The notes under the pieces were generated by a model. That model saw only the letters and a list, made by a program, of their open reading frames with translations. It searched no databases and had not been told where the DNA came from. Shown here in pieces: positions 28,034 through 36,951 of a DNA stretch of 37,655 nucleotides (the first letter of the stretch is position 1; each line of letters begins with the position of its first letter). The stretch lies in the sequence record OQ417968.1; one strand, 5' to 3'. The translations under genes and the position numbers were made by a program. Source of the stretch: Mycobacterium phage prophiT36-2b.

Positions 28034-29086
28034 ATGCCCTGGTCTCCGAACCCGGCTGCGTCGCCTCGACGATCGGGCGGTAAGTGGTCTGCGCACCCGG
28101 TTGTGCCGTTGCGTAGATCTACCGGAAAGTGGATCTGGGTACCGCGCCTGGGTGCTGCCGATACCGGCGTTGGTGAGGACTCGGCAAGCCTGCTGGCCCG
28201 CTTGACGGCCACCGACAACGGCCTCGGTCAAGATCGCGGCGCACTGCTCGCGCACCTGTCCGGCCTAGACGACGGTCTGGGCTCTGACCGGGCCGCGCTA
28301 CTGGCCCACCTCACCGGAACCGACACCGCTATCGGCGAGGGCTCGGGCACGGTGTTCCTGAAGTACTTCCTGTCGGGAACTGACGACGCCATCGGCTACG
28401 ACACCGCCGCACTGCTCGCTCACCTCACAGGGAGCGAGGACAGCATCGGGTCCGATCTAGCCGCGCTACTGGTGCACCTGACGGGCCGTGACGACGGACT
28501 GGGCTACGACAGCGCCACCGTGGCCCGCTCGCCGACTGCGCCCCTGCGCACCGACTTCACCGCGACCGGCGCCTACAACTATGCGATTCCCGAGTGGTCC
28601 CTGATCATCGACTACGCGCTGTGGGCCGGTGCCGCATCAGGGCAGACCGGCAACGGCGCCGTCAATACGGCGGGCAAGGGCGGCAAGGCCGGTCAACTGA
28701 TCACCGGCACCCTGATACGTGGCGTTGACATTCCCTGGAGCCTGGCCGCCATCACCGGCACCGTAGGCGCAGGTGGTGCGCAACCCGCCAACAGCGACGG
28801 CGCGGGTCCGACCGCAGGCGCCAACACAACCGCCGTGATAAACGGCGCCACCCAGACCGCGATCGGCGGCAGTGGGCAGGCATCAAGTCAGAACGGCGAA
28901 ACCGCCGCCAGCGCCACCATCGCCGGAACCAACTACACGGGCGGTCCGGGCGGCACCGGGAACGGCAGCGCAGGAACCGCACCGGGCGGCGCTGGCGCGG
29001 GCGGAAACGGCGGCATCTTCGGCTCCCGCACACGCGGTGGGCCGGGCGGCAACGGACAAGCGTCATTCAGGGCACGTCAAACCTAA
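28034..29086 (+). CDS. Glycine-rich minor tail protein with 5-6 tandem 18-aa (54-bp) repeats (ALLAHLTGxDDxxGxDxA), 350 aa
   Basis: ORF track. DNA repeats at ~28187-28510. Gly-rich GGxGGxG C-terminus. Confidence 0.65.
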   Translation: MPWSPNPAASPRRSGGKWSAHPVVPLRRSTGKWIWVPRLGAADTGVGEDSASLLARLTATDNGLGQDRGALLAHLSGLDDGLGSDRAALLAHLTGTDTAIGEGSGTVFLKYFLSGTDDAIGYDTAALLAHLTGSEDSIGSDLAALLVHLTGRDDGLGYDSATVARSPTAPLRTDFTATGAYNYAIPEWSLIIDYALWAGAASGQTGNGAVNTAGKGGKAGQLITGTLIRGVDIPWSLAAITGTVGAGGAQPANSDGAGPTAGANTTAVINGATQTAIGGSGQASSQNGETAASATIAGTNYTGGPGGTGNGSAGTAPGGAGAGGNGGIFGSRTRGGPGGNGQASFRARQT

Positions 29087-29101
29087 AGAAAGGCAACAAC
29101 T

Positions 29102-29467
29102 ATGACAGCGGCAGCAGCACACCAGCGGACAATCTGCGACGCCATCACGGCGGCGGGCGTCAAGATCACCGCACACGAGTCCGACCCCGGCACCAACGGC
29201 GCGGGCTTGATCGCCACCACCCCGGCATCGTTCAACACCGTGTGGCCAGCGGCCACGGATGGCACGGGCGCAGACGCCGGATACGCCGTCTCGCAAGGCA
29301 GTACAGGGACATTGCAAGGCCCTGCCGGGAAAGTCGTTGGATGGTACGGCGTGTGGAACGGCTCGACGTTCCTGCGCGGTCATGCCCTAGACCAAAGCAT
29401 CACCATCGGTTCCAACCCGGTGAACTTCGACATCACCCCCAAGGCCCGATACAAGGGCGGTCAGTGA
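29102..29467 (+). CDS. Minor tail protein, 121 aa
   Basis: ORF track. RBS aaagaaagg. Confidence 0.5.
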   Translation: MTAAAAHQRTICDAITAAGVKITAHESDPGTNGAGLIATTPASFNTVWPAATDGTGADAGYAVSQGSTGTLQGPAGKVVGWYGVWNGSTFLRGHALDQSITIGSNPVNFDITPKARYKGGQ

Positions 29468-29607
29468 TGCGCCAGCTGCTCGCGGTATTCGCCCTCTGTC
29501 TGGCCATCGGCGCCGCTGCATTTCGGCTCGGCTGGTGGGCATCCGACCAACTTTCGTCCTACGCCCAAGAAATCAACCCACGTATTGAAAGGCAGTACAC
29601 CCGATGA
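29467..29607 (+). CDS. Small membrane protein (1 TM, 46 aa)
   Basis: Manual: MRQLLAVFALCLAIGAAAFRLGWWASDQLSSYAQEINPRIERQYTR. C-terminal in-frame part of track ORF 29242..29607. TGATG coupling. Confidence 0.4.
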   Translation: MRQLLAVFALCLAIGAAAFRLGWWASDQLSSYAQEINPRIERQYTR

Positions 29608-29768
29608 AATGGCTACGGCACCCGGTTGATTCGCTCATCGACTACGCCGCCGACCGGTTCTATGACCGGCTGCGCGATCGCGTACTGGCCGACCTGGCTC
29701 CTTTTGCCGGCAAAGAGCTAGACGCGGCGCGAGCCAAGCTGTCCGATCTGTTCGGGTGGCTGCCGTGA
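29604..29768 (+). CDS. Small hypothetical protein (54 aa)
   Basis: Manual: MKWLRHPVDSLIDYAADRFYDRLRDRVLADLAPFAGKELDAARAKLSDLFGWLP. ATGA coupling. Overlaps the lysA start by 13 nt. Confidence 0.4.
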   Translation: MKWLRHPVDSLIDYAADRFYDRLRDRVLADLAPFAGKELDAARAKLSDLFGWLP

Positions 29769-31033
29769 GGTACTGGCCCCTGGACGCTGGCCGCGTCATC
29801 ACCTCACCGTTCGGCACCCGCGACGGCGGCATGCACACAGGAACCGACTTCGGCTTCCCTGGCGGCTCCGGTGGCCGACCGGTCTATGCCGTGCAAGCGG
29901 GCACCGTCATTTATGCCGGTGCCGCCTCCGGATACGGCGGTCCTGATCCTGCGGGCTGGCTCGTCATCGACAGCACCGACGACCAGGGCGGCGGGGTATT
30001 CGAGTACGGACACATCGTGCGCGAGGTCGGCACCGGCGCGAAAGTTGTGGCCGGACAGCGCATAGGGCGTATCAACCCCGATTCGGCCACCAATGGCGGT
30101 GTCGCCCCACACCTGCACCTTTCCTGGATGCCGCGCGAATACAACCCCGCCCGCAAGCAAGACCCGCTGCCCGTACTGAACGGTGCCGCCGAACCCACCC
30201 CGACGACCCAACCGCCAGGAGGTAACTCAGTGACCATCTTCGGGATCGACATCAGTAACAACAACGGCACGGTCGATATAGACCGCGTGAAAGCCGAGGG
30301 TTTCCAGTTCGTGTGGGCCAAGGTGTCCGAGGGCGCCACCTTCCGTGACACGTTCTGGCCCCGCACCCGCGACTGGTGCCGCAAGGCAGGTCTACTGCTG
30401 GCCGGATATCACTACGTGCGCGAAGGCAACGCCGACGCCCAAGCCGACACGTTCGTCGCGCAGCTGGGGGACAAGACGATTCCGGCCATGCTCGATTTCG
30501 AGGACGGCTCGGGCGGCATCGAAAACTATTGGGATGTCAAGGAAGCCATCGAAGCTCGCGGCGTGCATGTGGCCCTGTCCTACATTCCGCGGTGGTACTG
30601 GCAGCGCGTCGGCTCACCGGATCTGTCCGGGGTTCCCGGCCTGATCCAGTCCAGCTACGTCACCGGCACCGGATACGCCTCGGCGCTCTACCCCGGCGAC
30701 AACTCGTCATTCTGGAACGCGTTCGGCGGCAAGGCTCCCGATATTCTGCAATTCACCAGCCAAGCTCAAGTGGCGGGCAAGATCATGGACGCCAACGCAT
30801 TCCGGGGCAGCATCGAACAGCTGCGCGCGCTGCTCAATCCCAACGAGCCCTCCCCGCAACCCGAACCGGTACCCGGCGACGTGATGTCCTACTTACGGGA
30901 CATCAAGGCGCAGCTGACCGGATCGCCCGAACTGGGCGAGTACCCCGGCTACCGGCAGCTGGACAACATGACGGTCACAGATTTCCTGGCCTCGCTGGGT
31001 AAGCGGCTCGCGGCGCTGGAGAACCGGTCATGA
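29756..31033 (+). CDS. lysA: Endolysin LysA: N-terminal M23 peptidase plus central GH25 muramidase plus C-terminal cell-wall-binding region, 425 aa
   Basis: M23 motifs (HTGTDF, HLHLS). GH25 signature IFGIDISNNNG...GYHY. Confidence 0.85.
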   Translation: MAAVRYWPLDAGRVITSPFGTRDGGMHTGTDFGFPGGSGGRPVYAVQAGTVIYAGAASGYGGPDPAGWLVIDSTDDQGGGVFEYGHIVREVGTGAKVVAGQRIGRINPDSATNGGVAPHLHLSWMPREYNPARKQDPLPVLNGAAEPTPTTQPPGGNSVTIFGIDISNNNGTVDIDRVKAEGFQFVWAKVSEGATFRDTFWPRTRDWCRKAGLLLAGYHYVREGNADAQADTFVAQLGDKTIPAMLDFEDGSGGIENYWDVKEAIEARGVHVALSYIPRWYWQRVGSPDLSGVPGLIQSSYVTGTGYASALYPGDNSSFWNAFGGKAPDILQFTSQAQVAGKIMDANAFRGSIEQLRALLNPNEPSPQPEPVPGDVMSYLRDIKAQLTGSPELGEYPGYRQLDNMTVTDFLASLGKRLAALENRS

Positions 31034-31938
31034 CGGCCCGACACGCCCTGCTGTGTTTCCGGGGCACGGGCGGTGAATGGGGCCTGGACTACACCTCCCG
31101 AGTAGCGCAAGCATGCTCGGCGCTGGTCGAAGAGGTCGATGTCGATGCCCCCGCGACCATGGGTGCCGCGCCGGTCGGTGCAGCCACAGACCCGCTGGCG
31201 CCCAGCGGTTTCGAGTGCGTACACGCCATGGTCGAATGGGCCGTCACATGGGTGCGTAACAACCCCACCCGCACATTCGGCGTCGCGGCGTACAGCCTCG
31301 GCGCGATCGGCGCAGTCTTGTTCGCGCGCGAATTCATGCCAGGCGGGCGGCTGGAAAAGTACCGGGATAACTTCCTGTTCGGCGTCACGTTCGGCAACCC
31401 CGCCCACGCACGCGGCCACACCTTCTATCTCGGCGAAGACCCTGGCGGCGAGGGCATCTCGGATATCCGGCTCCCCGAAGGCATGTTCGGCTGGGAATGG
31501 GCCGACCTCGTGCAAACCGGCGACCTCTACGCCAACGTCCTCGGAAACCCGCTGGTGGTCAAGGTATGCCGCGACGCCTACGCGATCGTGATGACCCAAC
31601 AGTTGCACAACCCGCTGCGCCTGATATTCGACATGCTGCCGCTGCTCTTGCAGATCGTCGCCGATTCGGTCAACTGGCCACTGTCGATACCGCGCACCAT
31701 CACCTCGGCGTTCCTGGGCCTGTTCGCCTCCCTGCTGCCGATGCTGCCCGTGAGCAACGACAAGACCGCAGCAGCTGTCGCAGCGGCAAGTCAAGGCATC
31801 GGATTCGCGCTCGCCCAGCCTCCAACCGGGCCGCACATCACCTACGAGTTCGCCGAGGTCTGGCCCGGAATGACGTACTTCGACCTGGCCGTACAGCACG
31901 TAAACGACTGGGCATCAAGAACACCCGCCCGCGCATGA
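31030..31938 (+). CDS. lysB: Lysin B (mycolylarabinogalactan esterase, alpha/beta hydrolase), 302 aa
   Basis: GxSxG (AYSLGA). Position after lysA. ATGA overlap. Confidence 0.8.
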   Translation: MTARHALLCFRGTGGEWGLDYTSRVAQACSALVEEVDVDAPATMGAAPVGAATDPLAPSGFECVHAMVEWAVTWVRNNPTRTFGVAAYSLGAIGAVLFAREFMPGGRLEKYRDNFLFGVTFGNPAHARGHTFYLGEDPGGEGISDIRLPEGMFGWEWADLVQTGDLYANVLGNPLVVKVCRDAYAIVMTQQLHNPLRLIFDMLPLLLQIVADSVNWPLSIPRTITSAFLGLFASLLPMLPVSNDKTAAAVAAASQGIGFALAQPPTGPHITYEFAEVWPGMTYFDLAVQHVNDWASRTPARA

Positions 31939-31967
31939 CCCACCCACAACCCGAAAGGAAAAACGCT

Positions 31968-32213
31968 ATGCCCAATCCCGTACCCCAGAACGACACCACA
32001 CGCCTGATCGTCTATGCGGTCACGTTCCTATCCGTGCTCGGCGGCACAGTCACCCTGATCGCTCTGGGCAAGATGGACGCCGCCAGCGGCCTACAGTGGA
32101 TCATCTCCGGGGCCGGTCTCATCGGAAGCGGCATGCCTGGCCTCAAGCTCGCCCAAGATATGCGCGCCAGCGGCACAGGAAGCTCTGACGATTCGGATGT
32201 GGCTGCCCAGTGA
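31968..32213 (+). CDS. Holin (2 TM, ~81 aa)
   Basis: RBS gaaaggaaaaacgct. In-frame ATG in the real C-terminal part of track ORF 31497..32213. Hydrophobic helices. Follows lysB. Confidence 0.65.
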   Translation: MPNPVPQNDTTRLIVYAVTFLSVLGGTVTLIALGKMDAASGLQWIISGAGLIGSGMPGLKLAQDMRASGTGSSDDSDVAAQ

Positions 32214-32461
32214 CACCGGAGATCATCCAAGCCGTTGGTGTCGCTATCGCCGCGATCCTGACCGCATGGCAGGCATTCACATCGCGTAAGGTCCGCGAAC
32301 TCGAAACCCGGCTACGCGCCGTCGAATTGGAGCGAGACACGTTCCGCACGAAATTACGGGCCGCTGTCCGGCACATCCGCGAATGGATGGCCTGGGCGAT
32401 ACACCACGCGCCAGGGCAAGCACCACCCGCCTTACCCCTAGAACTACGCGACGAGGTGTAA
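32210..32461 (+). CDS. Membrane protein (N-terminal TM plus coiled coil), possible second holin/lysis accessory, 83 aa
   Basis: ORF track. GTGA overlap. Confidence 0.5.
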   Translation: MTPEIIQAVGVAIAAILTAWQAFTSRKVRELETRLRAVELERDTFRTKLRAAVRHIREWMAWAIHHAPGQAPPALPLELRDEV

Positions 32462-32475
32462 CCGAGGCTAGATAC

Positions 32476-32514
32476 CAGAACCGCCCCACCGTGTCACTTG
32501 GTGGGGCGGTTCTG
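32476..32514. terminator. Bidirectional terminator: 14-15-bp perfect inverted repeat CAGAACCGCCCCACC / GGTGGGGCGGTTCTG with 9-nt loop, between the lysis cassette (+) and the minus-strand cargo cassette
   Basis: Read from sequence. Confidence 0.75.
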
Positions 32515-32529
32515 GTCGTTGCTGGCCTT

Positions 32530-32859
32530 TTACGCGGGCTTGTCGATCGGTTCGGCCTTGTACTTGAATTTGATGTCATCGCCGTTCACTGATGTTGTCG
32601 TGACCACGACGGAGTACTTAGTCCCCTCGTCGTCCACAACAGTGCACTTTTGTGTCGCATCGACCTTGCCGTCTAGCGGGCCGTCACACTCGGCGCCGCG
32701 AAGGTCGAAATGTTGCCTCTCTTTGACCGCGTCCTTTAGCCCCTGCTCAAGGTTGTCCTTAGAGATGCGCTTGAAATTGCCGACATCGACAGAGGCGTGG
32801 CAACCCGAGAGAGCGGCCATGAACAGCAGGGCCGAAGCAATCATCAAGTTAGCCTTCAT
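32530..32859 (-). CDS. Lipoprotein (signal peptide plus lipobox LSGC), 109 aa. Noticeably AT-richer codon usage than the phage backbone
   Basis: ORF track. MKANLMIASALLFMAALSGC. Confidence 0.6.
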   Translation of the reverse strand: MKANLMIASALLFMAALSGCHASVDVGNFKRISKDNLEQGLKDAVKERQHFDLRGAECDGPLDGKVDATQKCTVVDDEGTKYSVVVTTTSVNGDDIKFKYKAEPIDKPA

Positions 32860-33304
32860 CTTCCACCACTTTCAGGTTTTGCAGGAACGAAACAAACTCG
32901 GGCTTGACAAGATCATACTGGTCACGTGGCGAGCTGAATATCAGCTCCAGCAGATACGACCGGCCATCTGCAGTGCCAGTGGTCGAATACAGGCGATCGC
33001 CCCTCACCGGCACACCGGCTTCTATAAACTCCAATTCCTGGCCGTATTGCGATATGGGCTTGTACGAGATGTAGCCGCTGCGGGCGACGGTGGCATTCAA
33101 CCGGTCAGCGTCGGCCCGCGCATGCTTCTGGACATCGATTGTTGGCCAGTTGATGAAGCACTCGCGCACGACGATGCGTGCCGATGGCACGATAGGCTCT
33201 CTGACGTACACCACCACCGCGTACGGGTCGCTCTCGTGGTCTGGGGGGATGGTGGCCCATCCGGCAGGGCCGTCACCGCCAACGTTGACCTTGTACTTGG
33301 GCAC
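32849..33304 (-). CDS. Putative immunity protein of the toxin cassette, 151 aa
   Basis: Immediately downstream of the toxin gene (1-nt gap) and co-oriented. No recognisable motif. Confidence 0.4.
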   Translation of the reverse strand: MPKYKVNVGGDGPAGWATIPPDHESDPYAVVVYVREPIVPSARIVVRECFINWPTIDVQKHARADADRLNATVARSGYISYKPISQYGQELEFIEAGVPVRGDRLYSTTGTADGRSYLLELIFSSPRDQYDLVKPEFVSFLQNLKVVEDEG

Positions 33305-33305
33305 G

Positions 33306-34799
33306 TTAGTTATTGACCCACTGCCACAGTTTGCCTAGCTCGCCGCCGAATTCCTTTGGATCAACTGTAATTTCAAATCCCGGTTTGGCGCCTATGCCGA
33401 ATGCTAGGCCCCAGCTGCCGCCGATCTTCCATTTGTGGTCCGGGGTCTCGGCAAAGGTGAGATGTGCTCCGGCGCCCGCGCCAGCCCACTCCTGTACTTC
33501 ACCCTTCACTTGGAGACCGTGGCCCTCGTAGTCGAGATGCTGACCGCCACCGATGCCACCGAAGGCGCCACCGCCGATCTGAATTCCGTTCTCTGCTACT
33601 GCTTTACCGTTGGTGTATTCCTCGACACCTAGGCGACCGGCGGTGCCTGCCTCTATCTTGCTGCCGTCCCCCAGGTCCCAATGGATATTGCCCTTGTTGT
33701 CTATCAGGTATGCGCCCGCGTGTTGCTTGCCCGAAACGGCGTCTTTCTTGACTTCGCCCTCGGCGCCGAATTTTGCTTCCAGCTGTTTGGAATTGAGTTC
33801 CCAGTCCCCGCCGAATGCGTGCCCCTTGCGGCCCCACTCGTTGACCTCGCCGCCGAGCTCTCCGGTCTCGCCTTTCGCGATCGTGGGGCCTGAGCCGTCG
33901 CCGATCTTGGTCGGATCGCCGAACTTGCCTCCGATAGTTGTGCCGGTGGGCGTGGTGTTCTTGCCCTCCGGGGACTTGTCTACGCCCTTACCGGCCTGGG
34001 TGCCAAAGTCCTTGTCCTTCTTGAGCAATTCCTGTTCAGGGATCGGAATCTCCGGCTTGCCTAACTTGTCCTTGAGTGGGACTCCGGGCTGATCCTGCGT
34101 CTGCGGCAACCGACCAAGGGTGTCGGTCATGCTACCGACGCCAGCCGGTGTGGTCGCTGCCGGTTCCCCGGATAGCAGTTTCTGGACTTCCGTTGGTGCG
34201 AAGGCTTGTGGGTTCGTCTCGGCTACGGCGGCGCGTACGGCTGTGCGCCCGTTGGCGCCGACCGCGCTCAGGTTGATCGCGCCCGCGATTTGCGACTCGG
34301 CGCTATGGATTTTGTCCGCAACGCCCTGCGATGCCGAAAACCATTTGCCCGCGCTGTCTTTAAGTTCGTCAGCCGCAGCGGCCACAGTCTGTTTGTTCTT
34401 CGCTGCTTGCTCATCGCTCATCCCATCCGGGGCGGTGTAGGTCATCGTGTAATCCTGATTGACCGTTACGCCCTGGATCTGGCGAGCGTTGTCAACGATG
34501 TTGTGCCCATTGTTCAGAGCTGGCACCACTTCGTAGGTGACAGCGGCAGTCACCTCGGTCACCAGGCCCTCCACCGTGTCGTGGATGGAGGTGATCGCGT
34601 TTGTGTCCTGGCCAGCTTTGTCCTGCGCGGCGGTGGCCGTCTTGCCCCACCAATCCGTCCCACCTGGCGCGTACACGCCCGATTTGTACTCCGCGTAGTC
34701 GGACACCAGCGCCCGCATTTCAGCGGCCCAGCCGGGGACGTGCTCTAAATATGAGTTGGGGTTGATTGCCATGAATTCATCCAGCGGCGGAAGGGACAT
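33306..34799 (-). CDS. Polymorphic-toxin-like protein: N-terminal WXG (DWWGK) helical domain, Pro/Lys/Gly-rich linker, Gly-rich C-terminal domain, 497 aa
   Basis: ORF track. WxG motif ~residue 50. Low-complexity linker. C-terminal repeats GxWxL.../AKFGAEGEV/KGEVQEW/GIGAKPGFE. Confidence 0.55.
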   Translation of the reverse strand: MSLPPLDEFMAINPNSYLEHVPGWAAEMRALVSDYAEYKSGVYAPGGTDWWGKTATAAQDKAGQDTNAITSIHDTVEGLVTEVTAAVTYEVVPALNNGHNIVDNARQIQGVTVNQDYTMTYTAPDGMSDEQAAKNKQTVAAAADELKDSAGKWFSASQGVADKIHSAESQIAGAINLSAVGANGRTAVRAAVAETNPQAFAPTEVQKLLSGEPAATTPAGVGSMTDTLGRLPQTQDQPGVPLKDKLGKPEIPIPEQELLKKDKDFGTQAGKGVDKSPEGKNTTPTGTTIGGKFGDPTKIGDGSGPTIAKGETGELGGEVNEWGRKGHAFGGDWELNSKQLEAKFGAEGEVKKDAVSGKQHAGAYLIDNKGNIHWDLGDGSKIEAGTAGRLGVEEYTNGKAVAENGIQIGGGAFGGIGGGQHLDYEGHGLQVKGEVQEWAGAGAGAHLTFAETPDHKWKIGGSWGLAFGIGAKPGFEITVDPKEFGGELGKLWQWVNN

Positions 34800-34805
34800 C
34801 GTTGC

Positions 34806-35111
34806 TCACCTTTGCCGATAGATGCTGGGCGTGTTCTTGAAAGCCGTCTCCAGCTCGCTTGACTGCTGAACGAAAGCCTGATGCGCCTCGCTGATCAGCT
34901 CCCCGATAACCCGTAACCGTCGAGAGGCAACCCGCTGCACATTCGGGATCGTCTTGGTGGTCATTGACTGGATCGCCGCGAGGGCCGGATCGGCACCCTT
35001 GGTGACGTTTTCGCCGGCCGAAATCCGACCATCAATACGGTCAGCTATCGCGCTGAGCTGCGGATTCAGCTTGCCCAATGCCTCAAGGTCGGCCTTCAGA
35101 ATCTCATCCAC
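34806..35111 (-). CDS. Small helical protein, possible Esx/WXG100-family secretion partner (no WxG motif seen), 101 aa
   Basis: ORF track. GTG start with GGGGAGG RBS. ~100 aa all-helical. Directly upstream of the toxin gene. Confidence 0.4.
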   Translation of the reverse strand: MDEILKADLEALGKLNPQLSAIADRIDGRISAGENVTKGADPALAAIQSMTTKTIPNVQRVASRRLRVIGELISEAHQAFVQQSSELETAFKNTPSIYRQR

Positions 35112-35224
35112 GAACCGTTTGCCTCCCCGTCCATAGCTAAGCCGCTGGAGACAAAGCTACAACGCGCGTAGTGGTGCGCGCATGCCAATCGTGACGAGAC
35201 GGTCACCTCTGTTGGCCTGGTCCC

Positions 35225-35599
35225 TTAATCCAGATGTCCTGGTTCGCCAGGCGGAATGGTTTCAGGCGTGACGATGTACCGCTCGATGTCGCCCTCCGAT
35301 GCCGGGGTGACATCGCGCTCGTCCTGCCAGTTTCGCGAGCAACCGCCCTGGTAGTAGGTACCGCCGCAACTGCTGCGCCGGTACTGCGGACTCCAGAATT
35401 GGCGCGATCGTGACCACCATGGCCCGTTGGGTCCTTGCTGGATAGGTCCATCGCATATCTTGCGCACCTGCGGATTGAGCCCAAAGACAGGGACCTGTTC
35501 GCAGCCGGACGGTAGTGGGTCGGCCTGGGCGGGTGCGGTGCCGAAAATCGTCGCCGCGATCGCGGCGGTGGCTGCGGCAAGCGCCGCGATCTTCCCCAT
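35225..35599 (-). CDS. Secreted small Cys-containing protein (Sec signal peptide ...APAQA|DP), ~124 aa
   Basis: Internal Met of track ORF 35225..35728. The longer N-terminal extension would start at 35728, two nt from the tRNA gene. Confidence 0.5.
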   Translation of the reverse strand: MGKIAALAAATAAIAATIFGTAPAQADPLPSGCEQVPVFGLNPQVRKICDGPIQQGPNGPWWSRSRQFWSPQYRRSSCGGTYYQGGCSRNWQDERDVTPASEGDIERYIVTPETIPPGEPGHLD

Positions 35600-35647
35600 A
35601 GTTCGGGATGATAATGCCTGCTGGTCGCGGCTACTGCCTAACGGGAT

Positions 35648-35693
35648 GAGGCCACGCTGGCCCGGTGAAGCAAGCACCGGACCGCGTGGCCTC
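35648..35693. other. Nested inverted repeat: GAGGCCACGC...GCGTGGCCTC (10-bp arms) enclosing CCGGTG...CACCGG
   Basis: Read from sequence between the secreted-protein gene and tRNA-Thr. Confidence 0.4.
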
Positions 35694-35729
35694 TCTGACG
35701 GTGGTTTACGATTACGGGGCCTTTTCAAG

Positions 35730-35802
35730 GCCGCCTTAGCTCAGTCGGTAGAGCAGCTCACTCGTAATGAGCAGGTCAGCGGTTCGATTCCGCTAGGCGG
35801 CT
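35730..35802 (+). tRNA. tRNA-Thr (anticodon CGU), 73 nt, no encoded CCA
   Basis: Manual fold: acceptor GCCGCCT/AGGCGGC, D-arm GCTC AGTCGGTAG AGCA, anticodon stem GCTCA/TGAGC with loop CTCGTAA, T-arm AGCGG TTCGATT CCGCT. Confidence 0.85.
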
Positions 35803-35807
35803 CTCCT

Positions 35808-36700
35808 TTATGCCGCGTCGCCGTCCGTCAATATGAGGGACGGTATCGGCGCCCCTCCGATGGGTAGCTGTAGCCGCTCGATGCCTTCTGCTCGGCGTTC
35901 GTTCTTCACCTGGGTGTAGATCTGGGTTGACTGGATGCTCGCGTGGCGGGCGAGTTCCTGGGTGGTTCGCAGGTCTACGCCAGCCTCCAGTAGCGCGGTG
36001 CAATACCAATGACGCAACCGGTGACCGGCGCCCTGTACGCCTGCACGGGTGAATACCTGTCCAAGCGTGTGGCTGACCGACTCGCGGCGAACATGCCCGC
36101 CACTCTTGCTTGGAAACCAGTGCCCCTTGCGAGGCATTTGGTACGCGATTTCGACAACCAGCGGGTGAAGGGGAAGCACCTTCGTGACGTTGCCCTTGCC
36201 GTGCACGATCATCGTGCGGGCGATCAGGTCGAAGTGCTCGCCCTTGACCTTGGCGATTTCGTGCACTCGGAGTCCTTGCAGTGTGGCTAGCAGCGCCATA
36301 GCGCGTGTTCGTTTCCACATCCGAACGCGCAGGATGCGTCCCAGCTCCTCATCGGTCACTGGTCGCGGCTCGCTCTTGGGACGCCGGGGCGATGGAATGT
36401 GGAGCATCGGATTGTCTATGCGATGCCCCTGCGTTTGCAGCCACGAGAACCACGCACGCAATGTGCTGTGATACGTCCAGCGGGTTCGCGCTGACCAGCC
36501 TTCGTCACTGTCGGCCCCTTCGGCGAGCCACCGAACGATGTGTTCCAGTGTTGCGAGTTCCGGAGCCACGCCGCACCACTCGGCCATCCGCCTCACGGTC
36601 CACGCGCGCTCGGTGACTGTGCGAACAGACAGCGATTGCGCGTATTGCCATGTTGCCCAAAGGTGCAAGAGTGATGTGTGGTGTGAGTGAAGGTTCAGCA
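35808..36700 (-). CDS. int: Tyrosine integrase (site-specific recombinase), ~297 aa from Met at 36700 (alternative upstream start at 36821). C-terminus ...LTDGDAA
   Basis: Catalytic motifs HRLRHWY and IYTQV (Tyr). N-terminal core-binding/SAM-like domain. Abuts the tRNA 3' end. Confidence 0.85.
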
Positions 36701-36951
36701 TTCCGCCCCCTGATGATGAGTTGATGGTTTTCGGCTCCCTGGATTCCCCCCGGTCTCCATGCCGCTCGGCAGAGCACGAAACTATGGCGAGATGGGCTCG
36801 GCCACAAGCCTTTTCGGTCACTGTTTGAGCACCTTCCTGTAACTATTGGCACGGGCGTCCCATCGTGGCTTTGGCTCGGCTACCAGCAGATTTGGGTTTG
36901 GCATGCAGAAATGTTCCACGTGGCAATAACGTGATTTGACTGTTGCGAAAT

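Noticed and set aside
32498-33316. Plus-strand ORF 32498..33316
   Set aside because: Overlaps three co-oriented minus-strand cargo genes. The translation is Ser/Leu-rich with no coherent domain.
35600-35728. N-terminal extension of ORF 35225..35728 (start 2 nt from tRNA-Thr)
   Set aside because: Would place the RBS and promoter inside the tRNA gene. The internal Met at 35599 precedes a canonical signal peptide.
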